A stretch of 64,000 nucleotides of DNA from Myxococcota bacterium (GTDB lineage Bacteria > Myxococcota_A > UBA9042 > PHBI01 > JAWLBL01): contig JAWLBL010000027.1 in the NCBI GenBank assembly GCA_041687695.1, positions 63,021 through 127,020 on the forward strand, read 5' to 3'. Positions 10,266 through 19,381 of this stretch are shown piece after piece. A program made the position numbers and the translations under genes. Positions within the stretch are counted from its first letter, which is position 1. Each line of letters begins with the position of its first letter. Under the pieces are notes generated by a model. That model was not told the origin of the DNA. It searched no databases and was given only the letters and a program-made list of their open reading frames with translations.

Positions 10266-10634
10266 ATGTCCGGTAGAGTGGTTGCCGTCCGAGACCAGTC
10301 CAAGTTCGGGACCAAGCGCATCTGCGTGTCGTGCACCGCGCGGTTCTACGACTTCAACAAGGCGAGCTTCACGTGCCCCAAGTGCGGCACGGAGCAGACC
10401 GCCACGACCCCCTCGAAGCTCACCATCGACGAACTCATCATCAAGGATGAGGAGGAGAGCCGCCGAAAGCTCGCCACGCGCAGCATCGACAGCGATGACG
10501 GCGAGGAAGAAGCGGACGACGACATCGAGATGGAGGAGCTCGACATCGACGCCGGCGGCGACGAGGACCTCGGCGACGACGAGGAGGTCGAAAGCGGCGG
10601 TGACGAGGAGTACGAGGAGGACGAGCGCGACTAG
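10266..10634 (+). CDS. FYDLN-acid domain protein (TIGR02300-like)
   Basis: FGTKRICVSCTARFYDFNKASFTCPKCG zinc ribbon followed by a long Asp/Glu tail; exact start uncertain. Confidence 0.85.
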   Translation: MSGRVVAVRDQSKFGTKRICVSCTARFYDFNKASFTCPKCGTEQTATTPSKLTIDELIIKDEEESRRKLATRSIDSDDGEEEADDDIEMEELDIDAGGDEDLGDDEEVESGGDEEYEEDERD

Positions 10635-10753
10635 CCTCGCCCTCGATGCGCGACGTCGCTCACCCGCGGTGGGTGACGTCGGGTCGACTCATGGACGCGG
10701 GCGACCTTCGACAGAAGGGGCCCGCGTTCGTCGTTTCGAAGACCCGGCCGGCG

Positions 10754-12430
10754 TCAGCGGCGCAGCCCCGGGATGTCGACGCCGCGATCCCGGGCGATGT
10801 CGATGGCGCGCTCGTAGCCGGCGTCGGCGTGGCGCATGACGCCCAGGGCCGGGTCGCTGGTCAGGACGCGCTGCAGGCGGGCGGCGGCCTCGTCGGAGCC
10901 GTCGGCCACGATGACGACGCCAGCGTGCTCGCTGTAGCCGATGCCGACGCCGCCGCCGCCGTGGACGCTGACCCAGGAGGCCCCGTTCACCGCGTTGGCC
11001 AGCGCGTTCAGGATGGGCCAGTCGGCGATGGCGTCCGAGCCGTCGCGCATCGACTCGGTCTCGCGGTTGGGGCTGGCGACGGAGCCCGAGTCCAGGTGGT
11101 CGCGCCCGATGACGATGGGCGCCTTCACCTCGCCGCGGCGGACCAGCTCGTTGAAGGCGAGGCCGGCGCGGGCGCGCTCGCCGTAGCCCAGCCAGCAGAT
11201 GCGCGCCGGCAGCCCCTGGAAGGCGACGCGCTCGCGGGCCATGTCGAGCCAGTTGACGAGGGCGCGATCCTCGGGGAAGAGCTGCTTGAGCGTCTCGTCG
11301 GTGCGGTAGATGTCCTCGGGGTCGCCCGAGAGCGCGACCCAGCGGAAGGGGCCCTTGCCCTCGCAGAACAGCGGCCGGATGTAGGCCGGGACGAAGCCCG
11401 GGAAGGCGCGATCGGCGCCCAGCAGGCCGCCCGACTCGGCGGCGGCGCGGATGTTGTTGCCGTAGTCGAAGACGTGCGAGCCCTGGTCGCGCAGGCCCAT
11501 CATCGCGCGCACGTGCCGGACGACCGTGGCGTAGGACAGCTCGATGTAGCGGCTCGGCTCTTCGGCGCGCAGGGCCTCGGCCTCGGCCAGGGCCAGCCCG
11601 GCCGGCACATAGCCGCCCAGCATGTCGTGGGCCGAGGTCTGGTCGGTGACCAGCTCGGGGCGCACGTCCTGCTCGAGCACCGCCTCGAACAGATCGGCCG
11701 CGTTGGCGCGCACCGCGATGGACACGGCCTCGCCGTTGCGGCGCGCCTGGACGGCCCGGGCGATGCCCTGGCCCATGTCGTCGTAGGCCTCGTCCAGGTA
11801 GCGCGTGTCGAGCCGCCGCTTGATGCGGCCGGGGTCCACCTCGGCCACCAGGGCCGTGCCGCCGTTCATCGTGACGGCCAGCGGCTGCGCGCCCCCCATG
11901 CCGCCCAGGCCGGCCGTCAGCGTCAGGGTGCCGCGCAAGGTGCCCCGCGCTGGGAAGTGCTGACGCGCCGCCTCGGCGAAGGTCTCGTAGGTGCCCTGCA
12001 GGATCCCCTGGGTGCCGATGTAGATCCACGACCCCGCGGTCATCTGCCCGTACATCGTCAGGCCCTTGGCCTCGAGCTCGCGGAAGTGCGTCCAGTCGGC
12101 CCACTTCGGGACCAGCAGCGAGTTGGCGAGCAGGACGCGGGGCGCGTCGCGGTGGGTCTTGAGGACGCCGACCGCCCGCCCCGACTGCACCAGCATCGTC
12201 TCGTCGTCCTCGAGCCGCTCGAGCGTCGCCACGATGCGGTCGAAGTCGCCCCAGCTGCGCGCCGCCCGCCCCGACCCGCCGTAGACGACCAGGTCCTGCG
12301 GGCGCTCGGCCACCTCGGGGTCGAGGTTGTTCAGGAGCATCCGGAGCGCGGCCTCCTGCACCCAGCCCTTGCAGCGGAGGGTCGTGCCACGCGGGGCGCC
12401 GGTCAGGGCGCGCGTCGAATCACCAGCCAT
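10754..12430 (-). CDS. hutU: urocanate hydratase
   Basis: [74 protein letters not shown] before ATG 12430. Confidence 0.97.
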   Translation of the reverse strand: MAGDSTRALTGAPRGTTLRCKGWVQEAALRMLLNNLDPEVAERPQDLVVYGGSGRAARSWGDFDRIVATLERLEDDETMLVQSGRAVGVLKTHRDAPRVLLANSLLVPKWADWTHFRELEAKGLTMYGQMTAGSWIYIGTQGILQGTYETFAEAARQHFPARGTLRGTLTLTAGLGGMGGAQPLAVTMNGGTALVAEVDPGRIKRRLDTRYLDEAYDDMGQGIARAVQARRNGEAVSIAVRANAADLFEAVLEQDVRPELVTDQTSAHDMLGGYVPAGLALAEAEALRAEEPSRYIELSYATVVRHVRAMMGLRDQGSHVFDYGNNIRAAAESGGLLGADRAFPGFVPAYIRPLFCEGKGPFRWVALSGDPEDIYRTDETLKQLFPEDRALVNWLDMARERVAFQGLPARICWLGYGERARAGLAFNELVRRGEVKAPIVIGRDHLDSGSVASPNRETESMRDGSDAIADWPILNALANAVNGASWVSVHGGGGVGIGYSEHAGVVIVADGSDEAAARLQRVLTSDPALGVMRHADAGYERAIDIARDRGVDIPGLRR

Positions 12431-12818
12431 TGCGTTCCTCCCAACGGGCCAGCCCATAGGCGCCGACCCAGGCGCCCAGCGCGTCGGCCGCCAGGTCCAG
12501 CCACTCGGCGCTGCGTCCGGGGATCGCCGCCTGCGCGAGTTCGACCGCTGTACCGTAGGCGACCGATAAGATCCAGGCCGACCGCGCAGGGTGGGCCACG
12601 CTCACGGCCAGGGCGCGGGCGCGCAGGGCCGTCTCGAGCAGCGCCGCCAGCACCAGCCACGACACGAAGTGCCCGACCTTGTCGGCGTGGTCGAAGCCGC
12701 CCAGCGGCACGTGCGGCGGCCGTGGCGTCAGGGTCAGCCACGTCAGCGCCAGCGCCCAGGCGGCGAGCAGCCCCCGCCGCAGGGCCACGCGGCGCGGTGG
12801 ATCGATGCCGCCCGCCAC
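12420..12818 (-). CDS. VanZ family membrane protein
   Basis: DKVGHF and [23 protein letters not shown] motifs; 4 hydrophobic segments. Confidence 0.85.
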   Translation of the reverse strand: MAGGIDPPRRVALRRGLLAAWALALTWLTLTPRPPHVPLGGFDHADKVGHFVSWLVLAALLETALRARALAVSVAHPARSAWILSVAYGTAVELAQAAIPGRSAEWLDLAADALGAWVGAYGLARWEERNGW

Positions 12819-12820
12819 GC

Positions 12821-13441
12821 CTACATCTTGTACTTGCCGAAGAGATCCGGGTCGAGGTCCTCGAGGCGGACGTCGTCGGACCCGGTCAGGGCCAGCGCCG
12901 GCTCGGGCTCGGGCTCGGCGGCCACTTCGTCGCCGACGAGGGCCGCGTCGTCGTGGGCCGCCAGGGTGTCGTCGTCGACCAGCGCGGCGGCCTCGGCCTC
13001 GGCGTCGGTCTCGTCGGCGAAGCCGCCGGCCTCCTCGAGCACGTCCTGCGCCACGAAGATGGGCGCGCCGGCCCGCAGGGCGAGGGCGACGCTGTCCGAG
13101 GGGCGGGCGTCCAGGTGGCGAAGGCCGCCGGCGCCGTCGGTCAGCGTCACCTCGGCGAAGAAGGTGCCGTCGGCCAGGCGCGTGATGGTGACGCGGCGCA
13201 CCTGCCAGCCCAGCGTCTGCACGACGGTGGCCAGCAGATCGTGGGTCAGCGGGCGCGGCACCTCGACCTGCGCGAGGAAGGTCGCGATGGCGGTCGCCTC
13301 GAGCCCGCCGATGAAGATGGGCAGGTACAGCCGCGGCTCGGCGAGGCCCCGCAGGATGAGGACCGGCGACTGGCTGGCGGGGTCCACGACCACGGCCGCC
13401 ACCCGCATGGGGACCGCTGCTTCCGAACGCTCAGTCATCAC
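12821..13441 (-). CDS. bifunctional nuclease family protein (DUF151)
   Basis: LPIFIGGLEATAIA, PRPLTHDLL, LDARPSDSVALALRAGAPIFV; C-terminal LEDLDPDLFGKYKM. Confidence 0.92.
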   Translation of the reverse strand: MMTERSEAAVPMRVAAVVVDPASQSPVLILRGLAEPRLYLPIFIGGLEATAIATFLAQVEVPRPLTHDLLATVVQTLGWQVRRVTITRLADGTFFAEVTLTDGAGGLRHLDARPSDSVALALRAGAPIFVAQDVLEEAGGFADETDAEAEAAALVDDDTLAAHDDAALVGDEVAAEPEPEPALALTGSDDVRLEDLDPDLFGKYKM

Positions 13442-13466
13442 CCGACCCGGCCGCGCCCCGAACGCT

Positions 13467-14876
13467 TCAGACGATCTGGCCGTAGAGGCTGTGCGGCTTC
13501 ACGTCGGTCACCTTAACGTGCGCCAACTGCCCGATCCAGCGGCGAGTCCAGAAGTCCCCCATCGGCACGGGCACGTTGACGATGACGTTCGTGCGGGTGC
13601 GGCCCATGATCTGCCACTCGGCGGGCTGCCCCTTGCTGGCGCTGCGCGAGGGCCCCTCGAACAGCACCTCGACCGTGCGGTCCTGGTAGCTCGCCATGTG
13701 CTCGGCCGTGATGGCCTGCTGCAGCGCGAGCACCTGGGTCAGCCGCTCGCTCTTGACCGCCTCGGGGACGTCGTCGGGCATCTGGGCCGCCTTCGTGCCC
13801 GGGCGCGGCGAGTACTTGAAGGCGAAGATCGAGTGGTAACGCACCTGCCGCAGCAGCGCGAGGGTCTGCTGGAAGTCCTCGTCGGTCTCGCCGGGGTAGC
13901 CGACGATGATGTCCGTCGTCAGCGCCATGTCGGGGTGCCGGGCCTTCAGGCGCGCGGCCCGCTCGAGGTAGTGGGCGACCGTGTAGTTGCGGCGCATCGA
14001 GGTCAGCAGGCGGTCCGAGCCGCTCTGGACCGGCAGGTGGAACATCTCGCACAGCGTGCGGAGGTCGCCGAAGCAGTCGATGAGCGCGTCGGTGCAGTCC
14101 ATCGGGTGCGAGGTGGTGAAGCGCAGGCGCTCGAGGCCCGGCACGGCGTCGACCGCGCGCAGCAGCTCGGCGAAGTGGACCTCGCGCTGCTTGTCCTTGC
14201 CGTAGCTGTTGACGTTCTGACCGAGCAGCGTCACCTCGCGCACGCCGGAGCCGACCAGCCGCTCGACCTCGCGGACCACCATCTCGGCGGGCTTGGACAC
14301 CTCGCGGCCGCGGGTGAAGGGCACGATGCAGAAGCTGCAGACCTTGTCGCAGCCCTTCATGATGGTGACGAACTCGGTGACCTTGCCGTCTGCCTTGGGC
14401 TCGGCCTCGATGAAGCTGTAGTCCTTGCGCTTGAAGAAGGTGGTCTCCGACACCCGTCCGTCGCTGCCCCGCACGCGCTCGAGCAGCTCGGGCAGCTGCG
14501 CGATGTTGTCGGGCCCGAAGACGAGGTCCAGGTAGGGCACCTTCTCGAGGAGCTTGCGGCCCTCCTGCTGCGCCACGCACCCGGCGACGCCCAGCACGAG
14601 ATCGTCGTTGAACTCCTTGAGCGGCGCGAGGCGCCCGAGCTGGCTCAGGACCTTCTGTTCGGCCTTGTCGCGCACGCTGCAGGTGTTGAGCAGGATGAGG
14701 TTGGCGCGGGCCGGGTCGTCGGTGGCCTCGTAGCCGTGCGGCCCCAGGACCTGCAGGATGCGGTCCGTATCGTTCACGTTCATCTGGCAGCCGAAGGTCT
14801 GCACGTGGACGTACCGCGGGGGGCGGTCGGCGGCGGTCGGGGTCGGCTCGGGGCTGGGCGGGAGCGCGGCGCTCAT
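13467..14876 (-). CDS. miaB: tRNA-2-methylthio-N6-dimethylallyladenosine synthase MiaB
   Basis: TFGCQMN, NTCSVRDKAEQK, GCVAQ, radical-SAM CDKVCSFC, RLRFTTSHP, YSPRPGT, C-terminal TRAM domain. Confidence 0.96.
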   Translation of the reverse strand: MSAALPPSPEPTPTAADRPPRYVHVQTFGCQMNVNDTDRILQVLGPHGYEATDDPARANLILLNTCSVRDKAEQKVLSQLGRLAPLKEFNDDLVLGVAGCVAQQEGRKLLEKVPYLDLVFGPDNIAQLPELLERVRGSDGRVSETTFFKRKDYSFIEAEPKADGKVTEFVTIMKGCDKVCSFCIVPFTRGREVSKPAEMVVREVERLVGSGVREVTLLGQNVNSYGKDKQREVHFAELLRAVDAVPGLERLRFTTSHPMDCTDALIDCFGDLRTLCEMFHLPVQSGSDRLLTSMRRNYTVAHYLERAARLKARHPDMALTTDIIVGYPGETDEDFQQTLALLRQVRYHSIFAFKYSPRPGTKAAQMPDDVPEAVKSERLTQVLALQQAITAEHMASYQDRTVEVLFEGPSRSASKGQPAEWQIMGRTRTNVIVNVPVPMGDFWTRRWIGQLAHVKVTDVKPHSLYGQIV

Positions 14877-14979
14877 GGAGTCCTCCGTGCGCGCGGGGCC
14901 GCGGGCGCGGCCGGCCGGCGCGGGCCGCGGAAGTTAGCCCCGGGGTCGTGGCGAGTCAATCGGGCGTGGCCCGCCCCGG

Positions 14980-16575
14980 TCAGAGCGGCGCGAAGGGCAG
15001 GACGGCCTTGATGTCGGAGTCGGTCCAGTGGGCGCCGAGGCCGATGAAGTAGTCGCGCGAGTCGCCGTTGAGGATGTCGTCGAGGCCGGCCGCCAGGTAG
15101 AGGTTCTTGGCGAAGTCGTAGGCGGCGAGGATGCGGACGCGGGGGAGGCGCTCGATGCCGAACTGGAAGACATCGAGCTTGAAGCGCAGGGCGTCCTCGA
15201 GCAGATCGAGGTCGACGCCCCAGCCGCCGGTGGACTCCATGATGCCGTAGCGGAAGGTGAGGAAGTGCCACCGCTTGGCGAACTGGGCGGTGAACTTGAG
15301 CTCGTCGGAGGTGGTCGTGACGTCCTCGACCAGGACGGGGGGCTTGGTCGGGTCGTTGGTCTGGGTGACGCGCAGCGAGGAGCGGACGCGGCCGCGGGGG
15401 TCGTCGACGAGCTGGAGGAAGTAGTACTTGTCGGGCCGGGGGCGGAGGCGGACGTTGATGTAGTGCTTGAGGGCGTTTTGCCCGAAGAGGTACTCGGAGC
15501 GGAACTCGAGGTCGACCTGCAGCTGCGAGATGCGGGAGGTGATGTCGCCGATGTCCTCGACGACCTGCTCGACGCCCTCGACCAGGCGGTCGTCGTTGAT
15601 GAGGCGGCCCACCGTGCCCTCGCCCGCGTCTATCTTGCGGGTGATGGACTGGACGTTGTCGAGGCTGCCCTGCAGCGTCGCGAGGTTCTGGTCGGCCTTG
15701 TTGAGCACCTCGGCGAGCGTGCCGGGCCGGCGCTCGTCGCCGCTGGCGGTCTGCTCGCCGATGAAGCGCCGGAGGTCGGCCGTCATCGTGTCGACGTTGT
15801 TCAGGATGCGGTCGAGCTTGCGGTCGACCTTGCCCGCGCTGCTGCGCAGCGAGCCGGTGGTGTCGCGGACGTTGTCGACGATGACCTTGATGTCGTCGCC
15901 CCGCGGGTAGATGTCGCTGCGCATGAACTCACGCAGCTCGCCCGAGGCCGTCGCGATGTTGCGGGCCGTCGAGGCGACGTCGTCGCGGATCTGGCGCAGC
16001 GCCGCCGCGCCGGCCTCGTCGCCGATGGCGGTGCGCAGGCTGCCCGTGATGGCGCTGATGTCGTCGGTGATCTTCTCGAGCTTGGGGAAGATGGTCTCCG
16101 ACGACTCCTCGAGCTGGTTCATGATGGCGCCGAGGCCCGACTCGGTCACCGTGTTGCGGATCTGGCCGTTGGGCTGGATGACCTCGCCCGCGACGCCCGG
16201 GGTCAGGGCGATGTAGTAGTCGCCGAGGAGGCTGGCCTGCAGGCGCGAGGCGGTGGCGCCGTTGACCCAGACGCCGGTCGCCGGGTCCAGCACGCCCTCG
16301 TAGAGCTTGACCTTCTTGTCGACGAGCATCCAGACCCGCGCCTTGGTCTGGTCGTCGGGGTCGAGGCGGATCGAGGTGATCTGCCCGACCGGGATGCCGC
16401 TGATCATGATGCGCGAGTTCTCGACGAGGCCGGTCGCGTCGTCGAAGACGGCGTACACCGGGTACGCGTCGTCGCGTCCGATGCCGGTGTCGAGGCGACC
16501 GAAGGCGTAGATGAACGCGAAGGCGCCGATGATGAGGAGGAGCCCCACGAGGAGCGGCGTCCGCTTCTTCATCAT
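14980..16575 (-). CDS. mlaD: long MlaD/MCE family protein with helical stalk and beta-rich C-terminus
   Basis: N-terminal TM, MCE motifs FDDATGLVENSRIMISGIPVGQITSI and ASLLGDYYIALTPG, heptad-like middle with GEGTVGRLIND, amphipathic beta-strand C-terminus; directly downstream of mlaE. Confidence 0.88.
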   Translation of the reverse strand: MMKKRTPLLVGLLLIIGAFAFIYAFGRLDTGIGRDDAYPVYAVFDDATGLVENSRIMISGIPVGQITSIRLDPDDQTKARVWMLVDKKVKLYEGVLDPATGVWVNGATASRLQASLLGDYYIALTPGVAGEVIQPNGQIRNTVTESGLGAIMNQLEESSETIFPKLEKITDDISAITGSLRTAIGDEAGAAALRQIRDDVASTARNIATASGELREFMRSDIYPRGDDIKVIVDNVRDTTGSLRSSAGKVDRKLDRILNNVDTMTADLRRFIGEQTASGDERRPGTLAEVLNKADQNLATLQGSLDNVQSITRKIDAGEGTVGRLINDDRLVEGVEQVVEDIGDITSRISQLQVDLEFRSEYLFGQNALKHYINVRLRPRPDKYYFLQLVDDPRGRVRSSLRVTQTNDPTKPPVLVEDVTTTSDELKFTAQFAKRWHFLTFRYGIMESTGGWGVDLDLLEDALRFKLDVFQFGIERLPRVRILAAYDFAKNLYLAAGLDDILNGDSRDYFIGLGAHWTDSDIKAVLPFAPL

Positions 16576-16630
16576 CGGCGGGCGTGCTCCGGGCTGCGGG
16601 AGGCGGCGGGTGTCAAGGAGGCGAGCCCTT

Positions 16631-17398
16631 CTAGAACATCATGACGGTGAGGAAGTAATCGAGGATGAGGATGGAGACGGAGGAGAAGACCACGGCCTGG
16701 GTCGTCGCGACGCCGACGCCGCGGGCGCCGCCGCTCGCGTGGAAGCCCTTGTAACAGGAGATGGTGGCCATCGCGAAGCCGAATACGGCCGCCTTGATGA
16801 TGCCCGACCAGACGTCCCAGGGCACGACGACGTTGTCGATGCGGTCGAAGAAGACGCCCTCGTCGAGGCCCAGGCCCTTGACGGCGACGAGCCAGGCGCC
16901 GGCGACGCCCACCACGTTGCCGAGCATGGTCAGGACGGGGACGGTGAGCGTGGCCGCGATGATGCGAGGCGTGACGAGGTACTGCACCGGGTCCACGGCC
17001 ATCGTGCGCAGCGCGTCGATCTGCTCGGTGACGTTCATCGTCCCGATCTCGGTGGCGATGGACGACCCGACGCGTCCGGTGACCATCAGCCCGGTCAGCA
17101 CGGGCGACAGCTCGCGGGTGAGGGCGAGGGCGACCGTCGTGCCGACCAGGGACTCGGCGCCGAAGAGGCGAAAGGCGTAGGCGCTCTGGACCGCCATCAC
17201 CATCCCGGTGAAGCCGCCCGTCAGCAGCACGATGAACAGGCTGCCGACGCCGATGAACTCGAACGACTGCAGGAAGATGCGCCACCGGAAGGGCGGCCGC
17301 AGGGCCCACACCATGGCGTCGATCGCGAGCAGGGCCATCTGGCCGACGCCTTCCACGCGGTCGAGGGTCCACTGGCCCAGCTGCTCGATGTGCTTCAC
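16631..17398 (-). CDS. mlaE: MlaE family ABC transporter permease
   Basis: RELSPVLTGLMVTGRVGSSIATEIGTMNVTEQIDALRTMAVDPVQYLVTPR; GGARGVGVATT; GTG start inferred. Confidence 0.93.
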   Translation of the reverse strand: MKHIEQLGQWTLDRVEGVGQMALLAIDAMVWALRPPFRWRIFLQSFEFIGVGSLFIVLLTGGFTGMVMAVQSAYAFRLFGAESLVGTTVALALTRELSPVLTGLMVTGRVGSSIATEIGTMNVTEQIDALRTMAVDPVQYLVTPRIIAATLTVPVLTMLGNVVGVAGAWLVAVKGLGLDEGVFFDRIDNVVVPWDVWSGIIKAAVFGFAMATISCYKGFHASGGARGVGVATTQAVVFSSVSILILDYFLTVMMF

Positions 17399-17512
17399 GC
17401 CGCGCAAGCTAGCCCGCGTCAGGGCTCGGCGCAACGCACAACGCGCCCGGCGCGGCAGGGGCCGCGGGCCGGGGGCTGACAAGGCGGCGCGGCGGTGGTA
17501 GGACGCGGCCGC

Positions 17513-17731
17513 ATGGAGCCGACCCTCTCGCTCGTCGTCAACGGAGAGCCGCGCGCGTTCGCGGCCGAGCGGCTGACCGTGGCCGAGCTGCTCGAGCGCC
17601 TCGGGCAGTCCGGGCGGCGCGTGGCCGTCGAGGTCAACCGTCGGATCGTCCCGAGGGCCCGGCACGGCGAGCATCTGCTCGCGGCCGGTGACGAGGTCGA
17701 GATCGTCCAGTTCGTCGGAGGAGGGGCCTAG
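17513..17731 (+). CDS. thiS: sulfur carrier protein ThiS
   Basis: VNGE...VAVEVNRRIVPR...GDEVEIVQFVGG(GA); adjacent to thiG. Confidence 0.93.
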   Translation: MEPTLSLVVNGEPRAFAAERLTVAELLERLGQSGRRVAVEVNRRIVPRARHGEHLLAAGDEVEIVQFVGGGA

Positions 17732-18583
17732 ATGGAGAGCCAGGCGGCCGTGAGCGCGTCGACGGGGACCGAGGGCGACGACGCCCTGCGCATCGGGGGG
17801 CGTGAGTTCCGCTCGCGCCTTTTCGTCGGGACCGGGAAGTATCCGACGCGGGACATCGCGCGGCGGGCCCTCGAGGCGAGCGGCGCCGAGGTCGTCACCG
17901 TGGCCGTCCGCCGGGTGAATCTGGACCGCGACGCCGAGGACTCGTTCTGGGACAGCATCGACCTCGAGCGCTACACGCTGCTGCCGAACACGGCCGGCTG
18001 CACCACGGCCGAGCAGGCGATCCGCACGGCGATGCTCGCCCGCGAGGTCGGCATGGGTGACCTCGTGAAGCTCGAGGTCATCGGAGACCCGGACAAGACC
18101 CTGTACCCGGACAACCAGGCGACGCTCGAGGCGGCGCGCGTGTTGGTCGCCGAGGGGTTCACCGTCCTGCCGTACGTCTCGGACGACATCGTCGTCTGCA
18201 AGCGCCTCGAGGACGCCGGGTGCGCCGCCATCATGCCGCTGGGGGCGCCGATCGGCACAGGCCTCGGCCTGCGCAACCCGGTGACCCTGCGCCTCATCAT
18301 GGAGGCGGTGTCGGTGCCGGTCATCGTCGACGCTGGCGTGGGCACGGCCTCGGACGCGGCCATCGCGATGGAGCTGGGCTGCGACGCGGTGCTCATGAAC
18401 ACGGCCATCGCGGGCGCCCGGGATCCCGTGCTGATGGCCGGCGCCATGCGCGACGCGACGCGCGCCGGGCGCGCCGCCTACCTGGCCGGCCGCATCCCTC
18501 GCAAGCTCTACGCCACCGCGTCGAGCCCGCTCGAGGGCGTCGTGGGGGCGCCGGCGGGCGCGCTGGTCGGGGACGGCGTTTGA
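17732..18583 (+). CDS. thiG: thiazole synthase ThiG
   Basis: [67 protein letters not shown]. Confidence 0.97.
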   Translation: MESQAAVSASTGTEGDDALRIGGREFRSRLFVGTGKYPTRDIARRALEASGAEVVTVAVRRVNLDRDAEDSFWDSIDLERYTLLPNTAGCTTAEQAIRTAMLAREVGMGDLVKLEVIGDPDKTLYPDNQATLEAARVLVAEGFTVLPYVSDDIVVCKRLEDAGCAAIMPLGAPIGTGLGLRNPVTLRLIMEAVSVPVIVDAGVGTASDAAIAMELGCDAVLMNTAIAGARDPVLMAGAMRDATRAGRAAYLAGRIPRKLYATASSPLEGVVGAPAGALVGDGV

Positions 18584-19251
18584 TCCATCGGGCGCGCCTG
18601 GTCCTGGTGGCGGACGTGCCTTCGCTGGGGGCCGAGCGCGTCTTCGAGGTCCTCGCGCGAGTCCTGCCGATGGCCCGGGCGGGCGAGATCGCGGTCATCG
18701 ATCGCGACCGCGCGGCCGATCGCGGCGGAAGCCCGGATCGGACGCGCCTGTCGCGGCTCGAGCGCTTGCGCGCGCTGACGCGGCGGCACGGGGCGGCCCT
18801 CATCGTCTCGGCGCGCGCCGATCTCGCCGTGGCCGTGGGCGCCGACGGCGTGCAGCTCCCGGAGCGCGGGGTGACGGTGAGCGCGATCCAGGAGGCGTTC
18901 CCGACCCTGCCGGTCGGGCGGTCGTGTCACGATCGGGCGGGGCTCGAGGCGGCGGCGCGGGCCGGGGCCCGCTGGGCGCTGCTCGGGCCCGTGTGGGCGC
19001 CGATTTCGAAAGCCAGCGATGGCCCGCCGATGGGGCCGGAGGGCCTGCGCGAGACGATCGCCGGGCTGCGCCTGCCCGTGTTCGGCGTGGGCGGCGTGGG
19101 GCCCGACAACGCGGCCCGCCTGTGTGCCTGCGGGGCGACCGGGGTCGCCACGATCGGCGCCGTGTTCGGCGCGACCACCCCGGAGGCGGCCGCGAGGGCC
19201 CTGCTCGCGGCCACCCGGACGCCCCCCGAGCGCGCCGCAGAAGTTGGGTGA
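18580..19251 (+). CDS. thiE: thiamine phosphate synthase ThiE/TenI-like TIM barrel
   Basis: [48 protein letters not shown] start overlaps the thiG stop. Motifs are divergent, so TenI is possible. Confidence 0.75.
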   Translation: MIHRARLVLVADVPSLGAERVFEVLARVLPMARAGEIAVIDRDRAADRGGSPDRTRLSRLERLRALTRRHGAALIVSARADLAVAVGADGVQLPERGVTVSAIQEAFPTLPVGRSCHDRAGLEAAARAGARWALLGPVWAPISKASDGPPMGPEGLRETIAGLRLPVFGVGGVGPDNAARLCACGATGVATIGAVFGATTPEAAARALLAATRTPPERAAEVG

Positions 19252-19256
19252 ACCAT

Positions 19257-19286
19257 TTGACATTCCAGCGCAAAGGTCAGAAGAAT
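19257..19286 (+). promoter_or_regulatory. putative sigma70-type promoter of the FHA gene pair
   Basis: TTGACA-N18-AAGAAT about 95 nt upstream of the ATG at 19382. Confidence 0.4.
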
Positions 19287-19381
19287 TCCGCGGGACGACG
19301 TAGGGGTCGTCCGGCCCCGTCCGAGGCGCTGGACGGGTCTACGTCTCCCCCGATCATCTCTCTGCCGAGGAGCTGGGCGCG

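Noticed and set aside
17399..17512. TPP riboswitch upstream of thiS-thiG-thiE
   Set aside because: The short divergent intergenic region has GGGGCTGACA but lacks the full CTGAGA...ACCTGA...AGCG.AGG signature, and leaves little room for an aptamer plus promoter.
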